59,985 nucleotides of DNA from Guillardia theta CCMP2712. Taxonomy: Eukaryota > Protista > Cryptophyta. Below the pieces are notes generated by a model that was not told the origin of the DNA, searched no databases, and worked only from the letters and a program-made list of their open reading frames with translations. The stretch covers positions 979,855 through 1,039,839 of the forward strand of contig NW_005434662.1 in assembly GCF_000315625.1 (NCBI RefSeq). Direction: 5' to 3'. This document shows, piece by piece, positions 51,215-59,985 of the stretch; position 1 is the stretch's first letter; every line of letters begins with the position of its first letter. Made by a program: the position numbers and the translations under genes.

Positions 51215-53963
51215 AATGATTGCCATTGGCATGGCCAATGCTTGTGTGAACAAGTCAAACAGTCTCGGAAGAGAGCAGGAGCTTGAAAAAGATAGGATTG
51301 TACCTCGAATGTGCCAAGTACAGATGGTAGCAATCAAACTTCGTAGGAGAGTGCCTGTTAGTTCGCAGCGGCTGAGAAATCATGCGAAGGGTCATCTGAT
51401 CAATTCGCAAGCATGATGACTCTTGTGGAGGGGATTTCATGTGTAGCATCTTTCCTCCTCCTCTCAGACGTACTGATGACGAACATTCAGCATGCCATAC
51501 TGCGAGCTGGTACCTTGACCCCAAGAACGTCCCCGGTGGTGCTGACGAAGGGATCATCGCCCTAAAGCCCCGCCAGAAGCCATCGTGGCGATCGTGATGC
51601 GCCGAAGAAGTTATTCTTTCCTTATAACAGCATTTTCGCTAGAGCTGCTACATGAACATCCTTGCAACAAGAGAGAGACTTCTTGCTCACACGTGTGAAG
51701 GAAGATAACTGTCGACTATCCCCTGTCTTTGAACACCCTCCCCTTCCCCCTTGAACAATGTTTCTTCTTGTTCATTCAAGCTATCAAAGACACGCGACCG
51801 TGGGAACATGTGCTGGAAGATCCCCGCGTATCGCAAGCATGTCCACCATCATGACCTGCTAGCATCCGACTCGTTAGGTCCCATCCCTCCCGCCTCGAAG
51901 AATTCCACCTCGAGCTTCTTTCCTCCTTGATCACGGAAGAGGCCGTTGGGGGAGGAGGAGGAAGTAAAGTACTTCTCCTGCGCTGCTGCCTCCTCTACTG
52001 CCTCTGCCGTGCTCTGTGCTGCGGATTCGAAGATGGTTCCGACGCTGGAGGCTCGGAAGGAATCGAAGAGGAAAGGCTCGTCGCAGGTGGAAGGATGGAG
52101 CGCTTGCTGCGGCGGTTCTTCGGGGGCTGGCTGGAAGTTGGGAGGAGGCTCATTCCTCGGTGGCTCGAGCACGAGGACGCTCTCCTCCATGGAGCCGTCC
52201 GACGATCCGGCATGCCCGTTGACCGCGGCGAACACGTCCTCCGCTCTTCTCCTCACCTCCATCGTTACTCGAGATCCTGCTGGGATCTTTGCCTGCTCGT
52301 TAGCATCCAAAGAAGCGGTGGCGACAGGCACGTACCTGCTGCTGTCCGAGGAGACGTAGAAGCTCTTTGAGCGGCTGGGCCTTCGGGTCGACGAAGAGGC
52401 CCCCATCGTTTGGGAGAAAGGTCTGCCCTGATGTGAGGAGATGTGAGGATGAAGTGTGGAAGACCTTGTGAAGATCCTGAGAGTCTGAAGTGAAGTCAAG
52501 GATGATCCCGTCCAAGGTCGGGTCCCCCTGTGCGAGCTGCAGGAGCTGAAAGAGCTTTAGGATCGAGTGTGCTGGTAGGGTCTCTGTTACCTCTAGCAAG
52601 TTCGCACTGAGAAGAACTGAGGCAGACGAACTGAAGTCCAGCTGCGGGTTGGACAGGATGATGTCTACCAGGCCTAGCTGAGAGGCGGAGGAGGATGGCG
52701 AAGTCTGGAGAAAGTGAGGAAAAACGCCTGAAGGCACAAAACTCAGACCTGCTTCTGCTCCTTGTCCGTGTCGGAATTCCTCGAGCTGAAATGTGTAGAC
52801 AATTCTGTCCGTTCTCTAGACTCCATCCCGCCTACAGCAACGGGGAAGGCAGAGATTCCTGCTTCCCTCCTCCCCTCATCCCTTTCTGCTGTCCTCCTCG
52901 TGCTATCGGTTGACACTGGAGCCTCCGCAGGTGCACTGCTTCTTGCAACCTGGCCGCTCCGTATTGAGTTTCTCTCTACCTGCTGCACCGGTTCATGTGT
53001 AGTGCCCCCCAGCTTGATGGAGAGGAAGGCAAAGAAGACTCCTCCGAAGATGTAAGCCACTGACATGATCAGCTCTGCGAGCTCGCGCGAGCTGGTGTTG
53101 CTCAAGATCCCAGCTGCCAGGCGAAGGCCGAAATAAAGGAATCCGAAGAAGACCGGGTACTCCGTGAAAATCCACTCCCAGCCAAAGGAAGAGAACTTCT
53201 GGTTAGAAAGAAAGAGTTTCCATACCAGCAGGACTAAGTAGCTGAAGCTCAGAAGCATGTCTTGGAAGAGATGGAACGGATCGATGCTGCCTTTGGTCAA
53301 CGTAAGGTTCGCCAGGTCAGACGCCTCTTCTTCTGTGCTCCAACTCGAATTCTTGATCGCGTATAAGGTCTTAGCCGTGTCTATCATCAGGACTGCAGCG
53401 CAGATTGAGCTCAACAGCTGGACGGCTGAGAAGTCTCTGGACTCTGACAGACGTGAATGATTCAGGTTGACGGAGCCTGCCAGGACGAGGAGGAAGAACC
53501 CTTCTATCAGCCTGACGCTGAACCGAACAAGCTGCAAGTCTTGTCCCCAAGTATCCACTGAGAAAGACGCCATGTACAGGGCAAACAAGGCGAAGCTAAT
53601 CAGCGACAGAGAGGGCAGCGAGAACCAAAGACAGGCAGAGCATCGGTCCGATCGAGCGCAATGCTGATTTTTCTTCTGCTCTACAAATTGCTGCTCCAGC
53701 AAAGAGAGCATTCTCTCCATCTCATTCATCTTCTCTTGATGGCCAGAAAACTTGTCCACGAGAATTTCGAGGGTGCTCTGCGTTTGCTCGAAGACAGACT
53801 CCAGGCTCTGGACGCGCTGGTTGACCTCCCATGCAGCCATCGCCATGCTCTGATGGTCATCCTGCAAGTCCAGAGGAGCTGAGACGTTGACTGAGCTTGA
53901 CAGCATCTGCTCCGACGTGGCTGCCCTGTGTTGAGGGCTCAATGGATTCGACGACCCACTCAT
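51215..53963 (-). CDS. Hypothetical protein: coiled coil, about 6 TM segments, long disordered multi-exon tail
   Basis: The 406-aa first exon has six hydrophobic stretches. Downstream open exons are bounded by GT-AG; the 3' end is approximate. Confidence 0.6.
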
Positions 53964-55584
53964 TCCTCCTTGAGCTCCCTGAATGGATGGCGTCAGGAGC
54001 GATCAGGCAAGAACCGCCTCCAAGTCCCGGGGCGTGAGAAAAGAAGAACTCCTCTGCCTTCTTCCCGCTTCACAGTCTACCATACTCGATACTTCCTATC
54101 CTTCACTCGCATACATACGCTCCGACCGTTTCATCTTGGTAGCTTCTGGTCTGCCTCTCTCTAACTTTGTCATCCCCTCCTTTCTATCATTCCAGTCAGT
54201 CTACTGCTGTCGCACCCCTCTTGTATTACATGAAGATTATTCAGCCATACGAGGTCTCCAGTTCTCCCCTGATACTCGTTTTCTGATATTCTTTCTCCTG
54301 CTCTTCCTCTACAGAACGAGTTTCACACGCATCCTGCCCATCGATCACACCCTCTCCGCTTCCTCTTCTCCTTGCCTCGCCGCGTCATGTCTCTCCTCCC
54401 TCCTCTCCATCTTCCTCCCTCCTCCCGCATGGTCGCGTGTAGCATGTTATTCCTTCGGTTCATCTAAGTTGTCATTTTCTTCATCACCCGGCAACTACCA
54501 ACCCCCTCCTTTGCATACCTTCCCACTTACATACCCCTGATATTACTGTTCAAAGCACCCGTACTAATAGGAAAAAGAAGTACCCACCCGTGGAGTTTGA
54601 CCACCCCTAGAGTTCAAACCCCCTGATACGTTTGACTCCCGAGTAGCGCCTGAGCTTCAAATTGAACCTCATCCCTCCTCTGACCGAGCTGCGGCGACCC
54701 GGTCACTGGGGTGACGGTGACCGGCCCGGTGACCGGCCGCCGCACCGTGCGCCGCGGCAGCCGCCCCGGGCCGGCCCGGCCCTGGGCCGGGCCAGACGGT
54801 CACGGTCACTGTCCGAGTCACACGGTCACCCCCCGAGTCGGAGGCTACACCGTCGGGGGTGTAGAACTGATTACTCAAAGTGATACTATATTCGAATTGA
54901 CGGGGGGGGGGGGCGCCTCTGAGTCTGCCGGGCGGCCGGGTCGTGCAATCATAGTAAAGGAAGTACTACTGACTTGATATTAGATAAATCCCCCCCCCCC
55001 CCTCTCAGGCTTCTCCGACCGGGCCGCACGGTGACGCACGTTTGCAAAAGGAGTATCGTTTAGGTTTATGCTAGAAAATCCAAGGTTTATGGTAATTAAA
55101 GCAGCCTAAGTGCCATGATCGGATGGCAGTTCAATTTGAAAGTTCAAGGGGTTCTGCAGGGGGTTGTGATCATGCCATCCGAAAGGGCCGGGCCCGGTAT
55201 CACAACACAGTGAAAAGGCGTCCGACTGCCGGCGACCCCACACTCGGATCCTGGACCGACCGGCCCCGGATGCCGCTGTGCAAGGCATTAGTTTGCAAGA
55301 GTCGGATCACCCAGTGAGACCGTCTTGCGAGGCCGAGGCGAATGGACCATCCAGCGCTGCCGTTTCCCGAAGTTGCAACTGACACGGTCACTGAGTGACC
55401 GACAGTTGTTCCGAAGTTCGCCGAGCGATGCCTCGGAGGCGGGCCGCCGGCTCGGGCATTTCCGGGTTTTTTTCATGCCCGGCCGCACCGGGCACTGATA
55501 ACGCGGCGACACGTCAATCAGGAGCTTTCAGGGGCAGGTTCAGCAAGGGATTCACATAGAAACATGTCTAACTAGAAGTTAAAG

Positions 55585-57016
55585 TCACGAGGCAGCAGTT
55601 CGTCGACTGCGGATCACCAGGTAGGCGGTAAGAAGCGCTGCCGCAGCGCAGACTCCAACGAGGCTCAGGCTGGTCGCGGAAGGAAATGAAGTCTCGGGTG
55701 CCGGCCTAGCTTGCGGTTCTGTATCCTCAGAGGTTGGAGCAGACTTGCTTTTTGTCTTCTTTCGCTTCTTCTTCTTCTTCTTCGCTTCGGCGGAGGACGG
55801 CACCTGTTCCTCTGTCTCCTTCACCTCCTCCACCTCCTCCGGATTTGCGACTTTCGGAGCAGGCGCCACACTCTTCGCCTGCTCGTTCTTTACACGCCGG
55901 GACTGTTGGCTGCCTTGCCTGCTCCCCCTCTTCAAGTTTGACACCAGCTCGCGCGTGTTGAGCGCCGAGGCCTCTGGCATGCTGGTTGACAGGGCGTTGT
56001 CCGGCAGATCAGCCAGCCAGTCAGGCAACGGGTCGATCACCATCTTGTCTGCGTGCTCAGCGAACCTTTCCTTCCAAAGGAGAGGGACGTTGTACATATC
56101 TCGAAGTTGCAGCAGCATCTGGCGCTGAACTACGGTGTCGTACTCCAAGGTGATGGCTTCGGTGAACAGCTCACGTGCCTCCACGAAGTCCATTCGAGAC
56201 TTCCCAGCGTCACCCTGCACCACAGCTCGCGACTGCAGGGCGAGCGACAGGATGGTCAGCGCCTCGGTGCTTCGCTCGATCTCGAGACAATTTCTCAGCC
56301 GGGTTATCGCCTGCTCCACCAACTGTGTCGAGTTACCCACGTCATACTGTGAGAGCTCAAGCAGGGAACGCGCGTACGACTTGAGCAGGTTCGGGTCCTC
56401 GGGGCTCTTCTTCAGCTTCAGCTCTAGCGCAGCGTGCTGCTCCTGCACCATCTGCACGTACTCCTGCAACTGCTCCTCCTGAGTCTTCCCCTGCATCCGC
56501 TTTGCTGTTTCTTGCACATTCGCTCGCTCCTCGTACGCATTCTCCGGTGTCGCGATGACGCCAATGTGCGGGTATCGCTTTGCCCCCTTGCTGAAGCACA
56601 GCTTGCACTTGGAGAAGTACTGCTCAGCCTGCTTGTCGTCCTCCTCGTACAGGAAGTTGATGTAAAAGACACTGCCAAGCTGAAAGCAACAGTAAGCAAG
56701 CATGCAAGCGCCCGTGCACAGCTAGATCACAGCTCACCTGAAATATTGCATAGTCTCCGTTAGAGGTCATCGCATCCGGGTTGATCTTCATCGCCTTGTT
56801 GAGCTTGTCCCTCGACTCGCGCAGCATCTCCTTCTTCCTCTTTATGTCGCCCTCTGCCATTGCAAGATACGTGAGGGTACAACCCCATTCTACCAGCGCC
56901 GAATCGTTGTCGGGATCCCTCTTGTGTGCAGCCTTGCAGTAATCCACCTTTGACTTGAGAACGTTGATGTATTCCTCCTCTCCCTCCTGCATCCTTGTGC
57001 CCAATTGAGCGTTCAT
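55585..57016 (-). CDS. TOM20: Plant-type Tom20-like TPR receptor with two tandem domains and a C-terminal anchor (intron 56680-56737; 457 aa)
   Basis: Domain 1: DPDNDSALVEWGCTLTYLA..LRESRDKLNKAMKINP..AIFQLG. Domain 2: SPEDPNLLKSYARSLLELSQY..VEQAITRL. Then a poly-Lys stretch and TM LSLVGVCAAAALLTAYLVI followed by RSRR. Confidence 0.72.
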
Positions 57017-58321
57017 GTTGTCGCGCTTGTCGATTCACACGACTCTCTTATCTCATCCAACCAGTACTGCAAGCAGGTGTGAGGGAAACAACAAGGAAAC
57101 CCTTCCAACCCTTCCTCCTCTCTCTTTCTGGCGACGTAACAGCGCACTTCTACAAAACACATCTTGTTCGACAAAGTGAAACTTGCAAAACTTGTAAAAC
57201 TCAGAAACCTGGAACCTCCTCTCGACACACTCTTGTATTCACTCTTCTTCCTCGTTCTCTCATCACGGCTCGTTCTGCATCTTCATTCTCTCCTCCTCCT
57301 CTTCTTCCTCCTCTTCCTCCTCTTCGTTGCGTCCGCATTGCCTGCGATCAATGTCCCCGCATGCAGCTATAAGGACAACACCCTCTCCAACAGTTTTTTT
57401 TTATATACTACCCCACCACCTTTTGACCTCAAAAAGAATTGAAAAATAGGGGTACTTATAATCTCCTCCCTTAAATTTTTTTGAAAGCACAGTTGAACAG
57501 CGGGGATGAGGGCCTTGCATACTCAATGACCAGGGGGTTAGGGTACCTACCCCTACTTACTTTTTAAGCTTCGTACCCCCCTTGTGGACGGATACAAAGG
57601 GGTACAACGCTACTGGTGTTCTGTGTATAGTCTACTGTGGGTAGTAATGAAAGGGGGGTACGTTTCGTGGGGGTGGTGATGTCCTTCTTCAACCGTAGGG
57701 TGGGGTAGTGGCAACTTGAACCAACTGACGGCGAGTGAAATGCAGTGGTGGAGAAGAGGAAAGGAGAAGATGCTGATGCTGATGATGACGATGGCGAACA
57801 AAATGGAGGGAAATTTATGATTTACAATGTCTAGGATGATAATAGTAGTGATGATACGGCTGTGGATGATGTGTGTTGAAGAAAGACCATGGAAGAGGAA
57901 GAGGAAGTGGACTAAAAGAGAGAGGAGTGAAGTGAAGGGATGCAGACTGTGGAGCGAGGGGGATTTGTGAGGATGACACCGAAGAAAGTGATAAGTGAAG
58001 AAAGTTTCACGCAATGAACATGGGAAGAGAGAAGAATCAGACGTAGCACTGCGGGAACGTGAGTTCCCCCATGTTGAGAGGTCAACGGGTTGTGTTGGGC
58101 GCAGGTTGATGTGAAGGGGCGGTATGAGGAAGGCAAGGCACGAGTAATACGAGGCAGACGCGAGGAAAGTGGGAGACGCCGCCATGGAGTGATCTGGTAC
58201 AAGAGAGTTCGATACCTGCACAAGAGTCGATTCATTCGAGATATGTATAAGTGATCGATGCCATTGTGACTGGTTGGCTCGCAGGTTTTCCTAGCGGCGT
58301 CACTGGCAGGTTCCTGCAAAC

Positions 58322-59985
58322 ATGCAGATCTTCATTCGTAACTTGCATGGCGTTTCGCTCCCCCTCCGAGTCTGTGAGGACGACAGCATCGCGCGGGTGA
58401 AGCAGCAGCTAGAAGAGCGTGAAGAGGTATCGTGGGATGAACAGAGGCTGGTGTACAACGGATACGAACTAGAGGACGAGACCCTACTGAGCGAACTTGA
58501 GCTCGTGCCCGGCTGTACCCTCAGTCTGCACGCGTCGCTCAGAGGAGGTATGCCGAAGAAGAAGGGAGGGAAGAAGGGAGGAAAGAAGGGAGGGAAGGAG
58601 GGGAAGGGAGAGAAGGGAGCGGCGGAGGACGACGGGCTGGAGGGACAAAGCGTGGAGGAGCTGAAGGGTCAGATCCATGACATGAAGGATGGGCTGAGGA
58701 AGGAGATGGAGGAGCGAAACTACTTCCAGCTGGAGCGAGACAAGATCAACACTTTCTGGGAGATTACCAAGAAGGAGCTGGAGGAGAAGAAAGCGGAGCT
58801 GAGGAACAAGGATAGGGAAATGGAGGAGATGGAGGAGAGACATCAGGTGGAGATCAAAGTGTACAAGCAGAAGGTGAAGCACTTGCTGTACGAGCACCAG
58901 AACAGCATCACTCAGCTGAAGACGGACCTGGAGATGGCGACGAAGCTGCTGCAGGACGAGCACAGAAACAGGGAGAAGGAGCTGAAAGACGACAAGAGGA
59001 GCCTGAAGCTCGAGCTGAAGGAGCTCGAGCTTGCGCATGAAGACTTTGTGCGGAACTTGAAGGAGTCGCACGACAAGCAGATCACGCACCTCCGGTCAGA
59101 GTTCGAGCAGCAGGCGAAGGAGCTGCAGGGGAAGTACGAGAAGAAGATGAAGAATCTGCGAGAAGAGCTGGTGATGATGATGATGATGATGGGGAGGAGG
59201 AGGAACTGACAACTTGTTGCAGGAGGGGAGGAGGAAACTAGAGATTCATGAGGTGGAGGAGAGGAAGAATTTTCATATCAACGAGCTGATGAAGAAGCAT
59301 GAGAAAGCATTCGGGTAAGGGATGAAGAAGAGAGTGGAGGGAGAAGAATAATGATGGCTTTTGTTGTCCTCCTTCTCATTTTCGCACCATTCTTCTCTTT
59401 TCCATCCCTTGTCCTTGTCATTATTCGTCTTTGTTGAGAGATGCAGAGTTTGAGCAGGAAGGAGAAGTGAAGAACGATTGTTTCAATCCTGATCGACTTT
59501 TCTCCTCAGCGAGATCAAGAATTATTACAATGACATCACGCACAACAATCTGGATCTTATCAAGTCTCTCAAGGAGGAAGTTGCAGACATGAAGAAGAAG
59601 GAAGCCACAAACGAGAAGCTCATGTGACATGCTGTGTTCACAACCTTTCGTCTGCGATGACTCTGTTGTCCCCCAAGGTTTGAGATCGCACAGGAGAACA
59701 AGAGATTGTCCGAGCCACTCACAAGAGCTCTCAAGGAGGTGAGGGAGATGTGATGTGATGTGATGTGATGTGATGTGATGTGATGTGATGTGATGTGATG
59801 TGATGTGATGTGACGTGATGTGATGTGATGTGCAGTATGCACTCTCGACAGATCTGATGACAACACTTCAGGTTGAGCTTCTTCGTCACGAGTTGTCAAA
59901 CTACGACAAGGACAAACTTTCTCTCCAGGTGAGTCTGATGGCAGAAGACTTATATCCTCCCTCCTCACTTCTCCTTCCTCCCTCC
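58322..59985 (+). CDS. GAS8: Ubiquitin-like domain fused to dynein regulatory complex subunit DRC4/GAS8; continues past the window
   Basis: Residues 1-76 are MQIF...QRLVYNG..LRGG. They are followed by MPKKK.., [42 protein letters not shown] and, in a later exon, [23 protein letters not shown]. Confidence 0.92.
59746..59831. repeat. (GATGT)n intronic pentamer microsatellite
   Basis: Seen directly. Confidence 0.95.

Noticed and set aside
37974-57016. Mitochondrial gene cluster (mS23, Mia40, Tom20)
   Set aside because: The genes are interspersed with unrelated ones, and the density is compatible with chance.

Overview
Gene-dense eukaryotic nuclear DNA with many short (about 45-220 nt) GT-AG introns, often filled with microsatellites. 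The composition and gene style suggest a cryptophyte alga such as Guillardia theta; this is an inference and was not verified. About 21 spliced genes were reconstructed by eye: an NLP-type GAF protein (runs off the left edge), an NCS/EF-hand-PIP5K fusion, GGTase-I beta, a large membrane-anchored S8 subtilase, RNase H1, mTERF, CDC50, KNL2/MIS18BP1, mitoribosomal mS23, an ankyrin protein, a GH18 hydrolase, TTLL1, Mia40, a plant-type Tom20-like receptor, a ubiquitin-like-DRC4/GAS8 fusion (runs off the right edge) and several hypothetical proteins. No rRNA, tRNA, CRISPR or mobile element was seen. There is one 100-N assembly gap. The most striking observations are: (1) a 76-aa acidic UBL ending in LRGG fused in frame to the axonemal protein DRC4; (2) a tandem double-domain plant-type Tom20; (3) a subtilase with the same unnamed Cys-rich module inserted twice in its catalytic domain and Asp at the oxyanion site; (4) two recurrent non-coding signatures (GGGGTA/TACCCC blocks and CCGG/GTGAC islands) at gene 5' ends; (5) a foreign prominin/tweety-like exon inside a PIP5K intron next to the gap. 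All exon boundaries and family calls come from manual reading and motif recall, with no database searches.
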